Positions 26,363 to 36,438 of a stretch of DNA of 64,000 bases are shown here, one piece after another. The stretch is from Acidobacteriota bacterium (GTDB lineage: Bacteria > Acidobacteriota > JAAYUB01), in the NCBI GenBank assembly GCA_029565065.1, contig JAKQOW010000032.1, positions 52,102-116,101 of the forward strand, written 5' to 3'. Below the pieces are notes generated by a model. That model worked only from the letters and a program-made list of their open reading frames with translations, was not told the DNA's origin and did not search any database. Positions within the stretch are counted from its first letter, which is position 1; each line of letters begins with the position of its first letter. The position numbers and the translations under genes are program-made.

Positions 26363-29020
26363 TCAGCGATCCGGCGCCGACGGCTTCTCCCCGGCCGGGT
26401 CACCCGTTGGGGCGGCTTCGGCGCTCTCTGCGCCGGCGGCAGTCGGCGCCACCATCTGTTCCAGGCGCCGGATCCGGTCCGCCATCTGTTGCCGCTCTTC
26501 CCGCCACGCCGCCGCCCGCGCGGACCGGCGGTGGCGAGCCGTCACGATCGCCACGACGGCGAAGGTGATCAGCATCAGGCCCGCGGTCCACCGGAACGGT
26601 GCGGTCCGCCAGAAGGGCGCCCGGACCTCCACGCTGACCGTCAGCGGCCTGGGGCTCCAGATCCCGGCATGATTGCGAGCCAGAACCTTCAGGGTGTAGG
26701 TGCCGGGCGGCGGGAACGTCAGCCGGAAACCGTGTTCACGGGTGGGCTCAGTCCAATCGGGGTAGAGACCATCCAGCAGGTAGCGGTACCGGACACCCTG
26801 CTCATCTCGATAGCTCAAACCCACCCAGTCGAATGCGACGGTGCGGACCGAGTCCGGCAGCACGCACCGTCCGTTCACGACCGGAACCGGCTGCCCGTCC
26901 GCTTTCAGCTCCGTCAGATGGATCATGGGCGGAGAAAGATTGGGGATGTCGCCCTCGGGATTGTGCCGGCAGGCGCCACGGTTGGTGCCGAACCAGAGCC
27001 GCCCGTCGGCATCCAGCGTCCATGCTCCCCGCAGGACAATCTGCCCGAAAAAACCGGCGAACACTCCGTATGATTCCACCGCCTGACCGTTGAAACGCCC
27101 CAGCCCGCGGTTGGTCAACAGCCAGATCCCGCCCTGCCGATCCTGCAGGATCTCGTACACGGCTTCACCTGCCAGCCCGTCCTGCGGTGAGTAGCGGCGG
27201 AGCTCCTCTCCGCTGAAACAGTTCAGTCCCAGGTCGGTGCCGATCCAGACGTTCTTTTCCGTGTCTTCATGCCAGCTCAGCACCGCCTTGCCCAGCAAGC
27301 CGTTGGCCTCGTTGTAGTTGACGATTCGGCCCTGCCAAAAGACGCTGAGCCCCTCGTCGGTGGCGATCCAGATCCGGCCCATGGAGTCCTCGCGGAAGAA
27401 CCGGATCGAGTCGCTGACCAGGCCCGTCGCCCGGGTGATGTTGCGGAAGTAGTCGTAGCGGTACACCATCAGCCCCGCCCGGGAGCCGAACCACAACTGG
27501 TTTCGGGAATCCTGAAAGATCTGCCGCACCTGGTTGTGGAGCAGCCCGTCGGTTTCGGTGTACACCCGGACGGCGCCGTTCCGGTCGATGGCCGCCAGTC
27601 CTTTTCGGGTGCCGCACCAGATGGTGCCGCGGCGGTCCTGGAGGAGCGCCTGGACCTCGGTGTCCGGCAAGCCCTCCACCGCGTCGTACACGCGGCGGAC
27701 GGCGAGTCCCTCGATCATCGCCAGTCCGCCCGCCATGGCCACCCAGATCCGGCCATCCCGGTCCTCCATCATGCTGGCCACGGGACCGCCCGGCAGTCTG
27801 TGGCCGCGGCCCAGCCGGGTGATCCGGCGGCCGTCGACACAGAGCACTTCCTGATCCGCTCCCAGCCACGCCCGCCCGCGCGAATCCACCAGGGCGAGTT
27901 GCAGCCGGTTGGTCGGCAGGCCGGGTCCCGGATCCAGGCGGATGAAGCCGCGGCCGTCCCAATGGCTGAGGCCGCCGTCGAGGGACGTCAGCCAGAGTCC
28001 ACCCCGCCCGTCCGGTCGGATCTCGTTGATGGATCCCTCGCAGAGACCGTCCCGGCGGTCGTAGAGCACGAACTGTTCACCCATGAATCGCGACAGCCCC
28101 CCTTCGCGGGTGGCGATCCAGAGGTTATGCTCCCGGTCCAGGCACAGACTGGTGACGAATGGACACCCGAGCCCTTCACGGGTGCCGAACGGAGTGAACG
28201 TCCGTCCGTCGTACCGGATGACACCCGCGCCCCAGGTACCGATCCAGAGGCAGTCCCGACGGTCGTCCCGCACAATCTTGTTCACCTCGGGACACGGCAG
28301 GCCGTCGGCGCCGGTGAAGACGCGGATTTTATCGCCGTCGATCCGGAGCAGACCCGCGGAGGTGCCCGCCCAGACAACGCCGCGAGCATCCTCCATGAAA
28401 CCGTACACCGTCCGCCGCGGCGTGGCGGTTTCCCGGACCAGGGTACGGAATGACTCGCCCTCCCGGACGCTGATCCCCCGCATGGTACCCACCCACAGCC
28501 GCCCCGCCCGGTCGAAGAACAGGCTGCGGACCGCGTTGTCCACCAGGCCGTCAGCTACCGTCCAGAGCGTGAACTTCCCGTCCTTCAGGCGGGCGACACC
28601 CTCGTCCGTGCCCACCCACGGGCAGCCGTCGCCGGCGATGACAATGGCGCGGATCGTCCGGCTCCGCAAGCCGTCGGGTTTGACAGCGTGAAACCGGCCA
28701 TCCCGGCGGACGGTCAGTCCCAGTCCGGTACCGATCCAGAGATTCCCCCGGCCGTCTTCCACCAGGCTGATGACCGTGCCGAAGGACAGGCCGTCGGCGG
28801 TGGTGAACGTGGTGAACTCGCGGCCGTCATACCGCACGAGGCCGCCGGAGGTCCCCAGCCAGATGAACCCCCGGCTGTCCTGGATCACCGACCAGACGCG
28901 GGGGCTGGGCAGTCCTTCGAGCGACGAGTACTGCCGAAAAGGCCACATCTCGGCCAGCAACGGAAGGCACGCCAAACCGATCAGGAGCAGGCAAAGGATG
29001 CGCCGCACGACAACCCCCAC
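26363..29020 (-). CDS. Reg_prop (two-component regulator propeller) / Y_Y_Y sensor-domain protein with no output domain
   Basis: Signal peptide, then more than 12 Reg_prop blades (G-L-x-x-D/G-R-G-x-LW-GT) and a Y_Y_Y domain (YRYLLDGLYPDWTEPT). One transmembrane helix (LMLITFAVVAIVTA) and a 60-aa tail. No kinase, HATPase or DNA-binding domain. Confidence 0.8.
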   Translation of the reverse strand: MGVVVRRILCLLLIGLACLPLLAEMWPFRQYSSLEGLPSPRVWSVIQDSRGFIWLGTSGGLVRYDGREFTTFTTADGLSFGTVISLVEDGRGNLWIGTGLGLTVRRDGRFHAVKPDGLRSRTIRAIVIAGDGCPWVGTDEGVARLKDGKFTLWTVADGLVDNAVRSLFFDRAGRLWVGTMRGISVREGESFRTLVRETATPRRTVYGFMEDARGVVWAGTSAGLLRIDGDKIRVFTGADGLPCPEVNKIVRDDRRDCLWIGTWGAGVIRYDGRTFTPFGTREGLGCPFVTSLCLDREHNLWIATREGGLSRFMGEQFVLYDRRDGLCEGSINEIRPDGRGGLWLTSLDGGLSHWDGRGFIRLDPGPGLPTNRLQLALVDSRGRAWLGADQEVLCVDGRRITRLGRGHRLPGGPVASMMEDRDGRIWVAMAGGLAMIEGLAVRRVYDAVEGLPDTEVQALLQDRRGTIWCGTRKGLAAIDRNGAVRVYTETDGLLHNQVRQIFQDSRNQLWFGSRAGLMVYRYDYFRNITRATGLVSDSIRFFREDSMGRIWIATDEGLSVFWQGRIVNYNEANGLLGKAVLSWHEDTEKNVWIGTDLGLNCFSGEELRRYSPQDGLAGEAVYEILQDRQGGIWLLTNRGLGRFNGQAVESYGVFAGFFGQIVLRGAWTLDADGRLWFGTNRGACRHNPEGDIPNLSPPMIHLTELKADGQPVPVVNGRCVLPDSVRTVAFDWVGLSYRDEQGVRYRYLLDGLYPDWTEPTREHGFRLTFPPPGTYTLKVLARNHAGIWSPRPLTVSVEVRAPFWRTAPFRWTAGLMLITFAVVAIVTARHRRSARAAAWREERQQMADRIRRLEQMVAPTAAGAESAEAAPTGDPAGEKPSAPDR

Positions 29021-29193
29021 ACCGGTAAGTGTGGTTTCATCTTAGCCCAACCGGGGGCAAAACTCAGCACAATTCCGTCCGGTGGCGCCACCGGCGGCCG
29101 CCACCCGGCGCCCCGGCAGGCGGGCGGATTGAAGCTTGCATTGGCGGGGTTCCTGGGGTATTTAGTAGTCCACATTTCATTACAGGGAATCGC

Positions 29194-31125
29194 ATGAGAC
29201 AAAAGATAAAACTCAAGGAACAGACCGCACTCAAGCAGTGGTCCATTGACGAGGCCCGGGAGCTTTACAACATCCTGAATTGGGGCAAGGGATTCTTCGA
29301 CATCAATACCCGCGGCGACGTCGTCGTCCGGCCGGAGAAAACCTCGGATAAATACCTCGACATCAAGGAGCTCGTCGACGAGCTGCGCCTGCGGGAGATC
29401 AGTCCGCCGGTGCTGATCCGGTTCACCGACATCCTGAAGAAACGGATCGAGGAGATTCAAAAATCGTTCCAGGCCGCCATCAAGGAATACGGCTACCAAG
29501 GCGATTACATCGGCGTCTATCCCATCAAGGTCAACCAAAGCAAGCAGGTGGTCGAAGACATCATCGAGTTCGGCCGGCCGTATCGGTTCGGGCTCGAAGC
29601 CGGGAGCAAGCCCGAACTGCTCATCGTGGTCGCCAGCCTGGACACCAAAGGCGCGCCCATCATCTGCAATGGGTACAAGGACACGGAGTTCATCGAGATC
29701 GCCCTCTGGGCCTTGAAGCTGGGGCGCAAGGTGTTCATCGTCGTCGAGAAGCCGTCGGAGCTGGACACGATCATCAAGGTGTCCGCCCGACTCAAGGTGA
29801 AACCGCTCATCGGCATCCGGGCCAAGCTGGCCGCCCGCGGGCGGGGCAAATGGGAGGGGTCCGGCGGCGACCGATCCAAGTTCGGCCTTCTGCCGGAGGA
29901 GATGCTGGACGCGGTCCAGAAACTGAAGAAGCACGGCATGCTGGATTCGCTCCAACTGCTCCACTTCCACCTCGGCTCCCAGATCACCTCGATCCAGAGC
30001 ATCAAGGAAGCGTTGCGGGAAAGCACACGCCTGTTCGTGGAGCTGTCCCGCCTGGGCGTCAACATCCGCTACTTTGACGTGGGGGGCGGGCTGGCCGTGG
30101 ACTACGACGGCAGCATGACCAACTTTTCATCGAGCGCCAACTACACGTTGCAGGAGTACGCGGCTGACATCGTGTCCGCCCTGGCCGAGATCTGCCAGGA
30201 AAACGGCATCGCGCACCCCACCATCATCTCGGAGAGCGGCCGGGCCCTGGTCGCCTATCACTCCATCCTGGTTTTTAACATCCTCGGCATCAGCGAATTC
30301 AGCACCGACATGGAGATGCCGACTCTGCCGAAAGAAGCCCCCGAGTCGCTCACCAGTATGAAGCAGCTGCTGGACCATTTGTCCGTGAAAAATTTTCAGG
30401 AGTCATACCACGACGCCATCCAGATTCGCGATGAGACGCTCACCCTGTTCAACGTGGGCATCCTGTCCCTGGAGCACCGCGCCGTCGTCGAGAAGCTCTT
30501 CTGGCTCATCTGCCACAAGATCGCCAAGATCATCGACGGCCTGGACTACGTCCCCGACGAACTGGAGAACCTCCAGGCCTTCATCTCCGACACCTACTAC
30601 GGCAACCTGTCGGTGTTCCAGAGCCTGCCCGATCACTGGGCCGTCAAGCAACTGTTCCCCATGATGCCCATCCATCGCCACACCGAGCGCCCCGTCCGCA
30701 AGGCCACGCTGGCGGACATCACCTGCGACTCCGACGGCAAGGTGGACCAGTTCATCGACCTGCGCGACGTCAAGAGCACCATCGACTTGCATGAGCTGCA
30801 ACCCAACCAGCCGTACTATCTCGGCGCCTTCCTGGTCGGCGCCTACCAGGAGATTCTCGGCGACCTCCACAACCTGTTCGGCGACACGCACACCGTGCAC
30901 GTCTCGGTCACCGGCAAGAACAAGTACCGGATCGACAAGATCGTGGAGGGGGACACCGTCCGCGACGTGCTGGCCTACATGCAGTACCAGAAGCGCGATC
31001 TCATGGTGATGATCAGGCAGGCGGTGGAGGAAAGCATCGAAAAACGGCGGCTCTCCATCAAGGAGTCCGCCCGGATTCAGCGCTTCCTCGAGGAAGGCAT
31101 CGAAGGTTACACGTATCTCGAGTAA
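29194..31125 (+). CDS. speA: biosynthetic arginine decarboxylase
   Basis: 644 aa. The PLP-Lys is in VYPIKVNQ. It has a fold-III decarboxylase N-terminus and the SpeA-specific C-terminal domain. Start at MRQKIK with AGGGA upstream. Confidence 0.9.
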   Translation: MRQKIKLKEQTALKQWSIDEARELYNILNWGKGFFDINTRGDVVVRPEKTSDKYLDIKELVDELRLREISPPVLIRFTDILKKRIEEIQKSFQAAIKEYGYQGDYIGVYPIKVNQSKQVVEDIIEFGRPYRFGLEAGSKPELLIVVASLDTKGAPIICNGYKDTEFIEIALWALKLGRKVFIVVEKPSELDTIIKVSARLKVKPLIGIRAKLAARGRGKWEGSGGDRSKFGLLPEEMLDAVQKLKKHGMLDSLQLLHFHLGSQITSIQSIKEALRESTRLFVELSRLGVNIRYFDVGGGLAVDYDGSMTNFSSSANYTLQEYAADIVSALAEICQENGIAHPTIISESGRALVAYHSILVFNILGISEFSTDMEMPTLPKEAPESLTSMKQLLDHLSVKNFQESYHDAIQIRDETLTLFNVGILSLEHRAVVEKLFWLICHKIAKIIDGLDYVPDELENLQAFISDTYYGNLSVFQSLPDHWAVKQLFPMMPIHRHTERPVRKATLADITCDSDGKVDQFIDLRDVKSTIDLHELQPNQPYYLGAFLVGAYQEILGDLHNLFGDTHTVHVSVTGKNKYRIDKIVEGDTVRDVLAYMQYQKRDLMVMIRQAVEESIEKRRLSIKESARIQRFLEEGIEGYTYLE

Positions 31126-31143
31126 TCCGCGTTCGCCGCAATC

Positions 31144-31176
31144 AAAAGCCCGCGGCGGTCGCCGCGGGCTTTCATA
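31144..31176. terminator. bidirectional rho-independent terminator between convergent speA and the flotillin gene
   Basis: The GC hairpin gcccgcggcg-gt-cgccgcgggc is flanked by AAAA upstream and TTT downstream, so it reads as a U-tailed hairpin on either strand. Confidence 0.55.
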
Positions 31177-31234
31177 TTAATGATCACCGTCACGTCCGCT
31201 CCGGCGGAGCGCCGGAGGGGACGGCGGCCGGACG

Positions 31235-32767
31235 TCATTCCGCCGCCGGCTTGTCCTGCTTTGCCGCGATCATCTCACCCAGGTACTTGGGCAGCTCCAC
31301 GCCGGCCATCTCGGCGATCTCGTGCAGGGGGGGCAGGCTCTTGATCAGGCCGGAGAGAAAGTTGGCGGTCGTGGTGGAACCGCCGGCCGACGTGCCGGAG
31401 TCCCAGACGGTGAGCTTGTCGATCTTGAGGTTCTTGATCGCCTCCACCTGCTTGCCGACGATGTCGTGCAGCTTTTCGATGAGCAGCAGGGTGGCCACGG
31501 ACTTGGCGTCACCCCGGCAGCCTTCCAACAACTTGAGGTAGCCGGCGGCCTTGCTTTCCAGCACCTGCCGGAGACCCTTCGCCTCGGCCTCGTACTTGAG
31601 CAGGATCGCGTCGGCTTCGCCCTTGGCCAGGCGACGGGCCCGCTCGGCGGCGGCCTCCGCGGCGATCTCGACTTTCCGTTTCTCGATCTCCTGCCGGACC
31701 ACCTCCTCGGCCACCAGGCGTTCCTGCTCGGCCAGGTACTGCGCCTTGTTGATCTCCACCTGGGCGGCCAGCCGGGCCAGCTCCCCGCGCTGGCGGGCCT
31801 CGGCCTGGCGCACCGCCAGTTCGGCTTCGGCGGTGGCGATGTCGGCCTGGGCCTTGTTTTCACCGGCAATGGCTTCGGCTTCGCGTTCGCGGACGTAGAT
31901 GCGCCGATCGGCTTCCGCCTGCTTCTTGCCTTTGTCGGAGGAGGCTTTGTTCTCGGCCAGCTTGATCTCTTTCTCCCGCTCGGCCTCCGCCTCGCCGACG
32001 GCGGCCAACGTTTCCTGCTGTTGGACGAACACGCGGCGGCCGGCTTCGGCCTGCTTCTTGCCCTTGTCGGAGGCGGCCACATTCTCGGCGACCTTGATCT
32101 CCTTTTCCATCGTGGCCTGGGCATGGCCGATGGAGCCGTGACGGTCCTGTTCCGCCACGTCGATCCGGGCCTGGTTGATGGCTTCGGCGGCGGCCTTTTT
32201 GCCGATGCTCTCAATGTAGTCGCTCTCGTCGGTGATGTCGGTGATGTTGACGTTGATCAGGTAGAGGCCGATCTTGTTCAGCTCCGGTGACACGTTCTTG
32301 CGGATCGCCTCCAGGAAGCTCTCCCGATCCTGGTTGATCTGCTCGATGGTCAGGGAGGCCACGGTGAGGCGGAGCTGGCCGAAGATGATCTCCTTGGCCA
32401 TCTCCTCGATGTCGCCCCGATCCAGGTTCAGCAGGCGCTCGGCGGCGTTATGCATCACCCCGGGCTCCGTGCTGATGCCCACGGTGAAGGTGCTGGGCAC
32501 GTTGATGCGGATGTTCTGCAGCGACAGGGCCCGCTGCAGGGGAATGCCGATGGTCATGGGCGTCAGGCTCATGTAGGCGTAGTCCTGGATGAGCGGCCAG
32601 ACGAAGACACCGCCGCCGTGGATGCAGCGCGCCGTCTGCCCCTCGCCCACCTTGCCGTACACCACGAGAATCTTGTCCGACGGACACCGCTTGTAGCGCG
32701 ACGCGATCAGCAGCACCGTGAACAGAAAGACGAACGCAAATCCGACGATGGTCAAAAACCATTCCAT
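31235..32767 (-). CDS. flotillin-like SPFH/band-7 protein
   Basis: N-terminal transmembrane helix, an SPFH domain, then a long EA-rich coiled-coil (repeated AEAEREKEIKLAENKASSDKGKKQAEA). 510 aa. Confidence 0.85.
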   Translation of the reverse strand: MEWFLTIVGFAFVFLFTVLLIASRYKRCPSDKILVVYGKVGEGQTARCIHGGGVFVWPLIQDYAYMSLTPMTIGIPLQRALSLQNIRINVPSTFTVGISTEPGVMHNAAERLLNLDRGDIEEMAKEIIFGQLRLTVASLTIEQINQDRESFLEAIRKNVSPELNKIGLYLINVNITDITDESDYIESIGKKAAAEAINQARIDVAEQDRHGSIGHAQATMEKEIKVAENVAASDKGKKQAEAGRRVFVQQQETLAAVGEAEAEREKEIKLAENKASSDKGKKQAEADRRIYVREREAEAIAGENKAQADIATAEAELAVRQAEARQRGELARLAAQVEINKAQYLAEQERLVAEEVVRQEIEKRKVEIAAEAAAERARRLAKGEADAILLKYEAEAKGLRQVLESKAAGYLKLLEGCRGDAKSVATLLLIEKLHDIVGKQVEAIKNLKIDKLTVWDSGTSAGGSTTTANFLSGLIKSLPPLHEIAEMAGVELPKYLGEMIAAKQDKPAAE

Positions 32768-32789
32768 GATGCCTTCTCCTCTATGTCAA

Positions 32790-33416
32790 TCAGTCTTGAA
32801 CACGTTCCACCACCAGGCTGTCACCCTGGGTCCAGACCACGCGGACCCGCTCGCCCGTCCGGATCTCCTGGCCGTCCTGCGCGGTCGCGTCGAACTCCCG
32901 CAGGTGGTCCTGCACCTTCACCTGGACCTGGCCCGTGCCCCCGGCGGGGATGGTCAGGTACACCGTGCCCTCGCAGCCCACGGCGTTGTCCATGCGCAAC
33001 GTGCCGCTGGACTGCAGACGGCCCAGGGCGCCGAACACCCGCGCGATGAGCCACATGGTGATCATGCCCGCGACCGAGGCCCCGGCCAGGGCGGCGAGCA
33101 GCCCCCAGCTCGTCTGGCGCGACAACGCCAGGCCAACCAGCCCGAACATGAGCAGGAACGCCGTCAGGCCGTGGATGGTGAACAGCTTGAATCCGGCATC
33201 GGCGCTCTCGTGATGGTGGCCGTCGGCGTGGGCATCGCCGCCGTGGAAATCGCCGCCGTGGTCCGCCGCCAGGTCCGGGCCGGAGTCCGCCCCGTCATGA
33301 CCGCCGATCCCCAGGAGCAGAAGGGCCAGGCGGCACAGGAGCATCACCCCGCCCACCGTCGCGCAGGTCAGGAAGATGATCTCAAAGCTGGAGAGGCCGT
33401 GCATGTAGGCTTCCAT
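32790..33416 (-). CDS. NfeD-family membrane protein (flotillin partner)
   Basis: N-terminal transmembrane helices and a C-terminal OB-fold segment (TVYLTIPAGGTGQVQVKV...GERVRVVW). The nfeD–flotillin operon arrangement is conserved. Confidence 0.75.
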   Translation of the reverse strand: MEAYMHGLSSFEIIFLTCATVGGVMLLCRLALLLLGIGGHDGADSGPDLAADHGGDFHGGDAHADGHHHESADAGFKLFTIHGLTAFLLMFGLVGLALSRQTSWGLLAALAGASVAGMITMWLIARVFGALGRLQSSGTLRMDNAVGCEGTVYLTIPAGGTGQVQVKVQDHLREFDATAQDGQEIRTGERVRVVWTQGDSLVVERVQD

Positions 33417-33506
33417 CGTCTATCCGCACTCCATGCCGAGGTTCGGGTCGCGTGTTCTCTGAGGATTTGTTTTCACTCTAATTCCGTTTATAGCACCTGT
33501 CAACGC

Positions 33507-34412
33507 TCATTCGGACCGGACGGTCCGGTCGATCAGGCCACATACCCCCGCAAACAGCCGCTGGATCTCACGGATCCCGCCGCAGGCGGCCGCATCGGCC
33601 GCCAGGCGGTCCAGCCGTTTGTCCAGACGAACTCGCCCCGCCGGCCGTCCCGGGATTGTGACAGCCAGGGACCGGAGCAACCCCACGGCCGCCGCCAGTT
33701 GGGTTCGCAGCAGCGGCAGGGTGGCGGCCTGCGTCTCGTCCACCCGGCGGATCAGCTCTTCCAGGTTGGCGGCGGCCGCCGCCAGCAGGGCCCGGCGATG
33801 GACGAGCAGCGCGTGGTGATGGCGGAGCTCGAACAACCGCCGGCCCAACGCGGCTCCGAACTCTCCGGCGGCGGCGCGCACCGCCTCGCCCGCCGCCAGT
33901 GCGTCATCGAGTTCCTGTTGACAGCCGTCGCACGCCCGGCGATGGACTTCGAGCTGGCGCCGCTCCTCCCCCAGCCGCTCCCGGTCGGTCGCCAACGCCT
34001 CGTGCGCGTGAATCAGCGCGGCCCCCAGCCGGCGGAATTCCAGCAGAAACCGTCCCGCGGGATGCGATGAGCGTCCCGCGCGAGGCAGGCCCAGCAACGG
34101 ATCCCATCCCTCCGCGGGGATTTCGGTCCGGCGGACTGCCTCCATGAGCCCGGTCAACCGGTCCAGACTGGCGCCCACCGGATCGCGGCCCGAAGCGTCC
34201 GGGAGCCGGGGGGCGGCATCGGCCAGCTCCGCCAGCCGCGCCAAGGCGTCCGCGGCAAAGCACCGTGCTGAGGCCTCGTCGGCCGGATCCAGCGTGCGCA
34301 TCCAGGCGGCAATCCGCCGGGCGGCCCGCACCGGCGAATCGTCCGACACGGGCGGATCCGCGCCGTCGGCATCGGCCCGGCCGGATTGACGGTCGGAATG
34401 ACAGGCAGGCAC
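33507..34412 (-). CDS. hypothetical all-α protein (no recognisable motif)
   Basis: Ala/Arg/Leu-rich ORF. It is tightly placed between selA (gap 3 nt) and nfeD on the same strand. No antisense competitor carries motifs. Confidence 0.45.
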   Translation of the reverse strand: MPACHSDRQSGRADADGADPPVSDDSPVRAARRIAAWMRTLDPADEASARCFAADALARLAELADAAPRLPDASGRDPVGASLDRLTGLMEAVRRTEIPAEGWDPLLGLPRAGRSSHPAGRFLLEFRRLGAALIHAHEALATDRERLGEERRQLEVHRRACDGCQQELDDALAAGEAVRAAAGEFGAALGRRLFELRHHHALLVHRRALLAAAAANLEELIRRVDETQAATLPLLRTQLAAAVGLLRSLAVTIPGRPAGRVRLDKRLDRLAADAAACGGIREIQRLFAGVCGLIDRTVRSE

Positions 34413-34415
34413 CGG

Positions 34416-35855
34416 TCACACACTCCGTTCGGGTGAATCGTCCCCGTCGTTCGCCGCGGCCGCCGCCAGGGCGGCAATGAGCACGGGTTCCTCCCCCCGC
34501 AGCACCGTTCGCGGATCCACCCAGATGCGGTCCGCGCCTGTCCGTACGAGGATCGGCGGATCCCAGTTCCGCAAGCGTCGTTCGCAGGCGCCGATCCGGT
34601 CAGCCGGCAGACGCACGCCGAGGCACGGCCCATGGATCACCTGGCCGGGTGTGGAGCCGCCGCCGATGAGAGATTCCCCGTCGGCGACCGTCACCGCCCC
34701 GGCCAGGGCCGGCGCCGCCCGCTCCAGCCGGCGCCGCAGACTCAGGCAGCGCCGGCGCAGCGTGGCGGCATCGGTGGTGATCATGGCCCAATGCGGAAAT
34801 CCGGCCCCCGGGTCGTTCCGGAAATAGAGCTTCAGCGTCTCGGCCAAAAGGTAGAGGGTCACCTTGTCCAGACGCAACGCGCGCATGAGAGGGTGGCGTC
34901 GGATGCGGCCCACCAGGTCTGCGCGGCCGAGAATCAGGCCGGCCTGCGGCCCCCCCATCAACTTGTCGCCGCTGAAGCATACCAGCGGCACTCCCTGGGC
35001 CAACAGCGGCGCGACTACTGGCTCGCCCGCCGCGGGCATCCCCGGCTGGGGGAACAGGTAGCCGCTGCCGGCGTCCATCACCAGGGGCACGCCGCTGCGG
35101 TTCGACAATTCGAGCAGCTCGGCGGTCGCCGGCGTCTCGGCGAAACCGACGATCTCGAAGTTGCTCCGATGCACCTGCAGAATGAGCCGCGTATCCCCGC
35201 CGAGCGCCGCCGCATAGTCTGCGGCGCGCGTCCGGTTGGTGGTGCCTACCTCCCGCAGGCGGGCGCCGCTCAAGGCCATGATCTCGGGAATGCGGAACGA
35301 CCCGCCGATCTCCACCAGCTCGCCCCGGGAGACCAGAACTTCACCCCCCTGGGCCAGGGCGGTGAGGATCAGCAGCAGCGCACCGGCATTGTTGTTGACC
35401 GCGGTGGCGTCCTCGCACGGCAGCAGTTCGCGGCAGAGACGGGCCACCGCCGTGTCACGGTGGCCGCGCGCACCGACCGCCAGGTCGTACTCCAGGTCAG
35501 CATAGCCGCCCAGCGCGTCCGGCACGCCCGCCAACACACTCGCGGGCAGCGGTGCGCGCCCCAGATTGGTGTGGATGATGACGCCGGTGGCGTTGATCAC
35601 GCGGCGGATCCCCAGTCCCGCCAGGTGCCGGCGCCTGCCCTCAACCTGGCGCAGGACCAGCTCCACCAGTTTCTCCCGGGAGGTCTCGTCCGGCAGCTGC
35701 CCGGCGCTGATGGCCCGCCGCAGCTCCGCCAGCGCCGCCGTGAGCCAGCCGGTGACCGTCTCCCGCCGGTACTCCGCCAGCAGGCGCTCGATCTCGGGGA
35801 GCTGCACAAGGCGCCCAACTGCCGGAAGCAGCGACAGCAACGCGTTTTCACTCAT
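34416..35855 (-). CDS. selA: L-seryl-tRNA(Sec) selenium transferase
   Basis: VINATGVIIHTNLGRAPL and the PLP-Lys in FSGDKLMGGPQAGLILGR. 480 aa from MSENALLS, with GAGGG upstream. Confidence 0.85.
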   Translation of the reverse strand: MSENALLSLLPAVGRLVQLPEIERLLAEYRRETVTGWLTAALAELRRAISAGQLPDETSREKLVELVLRQVEGRRRHLAGLGIRRVINATGVIIHTNLGRAPLPASVLAGVPDALGGYADLEYDLAVGARGHRDTAVARLCRELLPCEDATAVNNNAGALLLILTALAQGGEVLVSRGELVEIGGSFRIPEIMALSGARLREVGTTNRTRAADYAAALGGDTRLILQVHRSNFEIVGFAETPATAELLELSNRSGVPLVMDAGSGYLFPQPGMPAAGEPVVAPLLAQGVPLVCFSGDKLMGGPQAGLILGRADLVGRIRRHPLMRALRLDKVTLYLLAETLKLYFRNDPGAGFPHWAMITTDAATLRRRCLSLRRRLERAAPALAGAVTVADGESLIGGGSTPGQVIHGPCLGVRLPADRIGACERRLRNWDPPILVRTGADRIWVDPRTVLRGEEPVLIAALAAAAANDGDDSPERSV

Positions 35856-36075
35856 CAGATACCCTCGGCGGGCCGGGATGGATGCCGTCCCAATTGTAGC
35901 ACACGCGGCAGGACGGGCGGACGGCACCGTCCGCCAGCGATACGATCTGTCCATGCCTCCAGATCTGCTGTATGCATTGGCAGGAATCTCTTGATTCGGC
36001 TCAGCCGTTCGTCTATCCTGCCACTGTCCCCGAAGGAGAAGGACCATTAATCTGACGCCTTACATCTTCTTTGGC

Positions 36076-36438
36076 TTGGCTCCACTGCACAGCTCGTCCC
36101 CTCTCACCGTCTTTCTGGCGGCTTTCGCCGCCGGGATCCTGTTCTGGACCACCGTATCCGGACGGTACGAAGGCGACCGGCTGGAGCGGTCATTGCGGTT
36201 ACCGATCGGATCCCGTTATCTGCACGTGCATCATTGGCTCTATTGCTCGGTTCTGCAGGTGGTGCTTCACCTTGCGGGTCTTTCCAACCCATTCACCTGC
36301 GGATTCCTCATCGGATCGGTGGTGCAGGGGCTGACGTACCGCGACTGGTCGCTGCTGTGGTACGAGAAGAGCCAGGTCAACATCATCTACGCCAAATGGC
36401 GCTCCGGCCGTCCGACCGTCCGCGGGATCGACGCATGA
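36076..36438 (+). CDS. small hypothetical membrane protein
   Basis: Two to three predicted transmembrane helices. Its stop overlaps the next gene's start in an ATGA arrangement. Confidence 0.45.
   Translation: MAPLHSSSPLTVFLAAFAAGILFWTTVSGRYEGDRLERSLRLPIGSRYLHVHHWLYCSVLQVVLHLAGLSNPFTCGFLIGSVVQGLTYRDWSLLWYEKSQVNIIYAKWRSGRPTVRGIDA

Noticed and set aside
27269-28453. 394-aa plus-strand ORF (and several others) inside the Reg_prop sensor gene
   Set aside because: The Reg_prop blades repeat regularly on the minus strand only.
31322-32290. Overlapping long ORFs on both strands inside the flotillin coiled-coil region
   Set aside because: The EA-rich coiled-coil of flotillin gives open antisense frames. 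Only the minus frame has SPFH and a transmembrane start.
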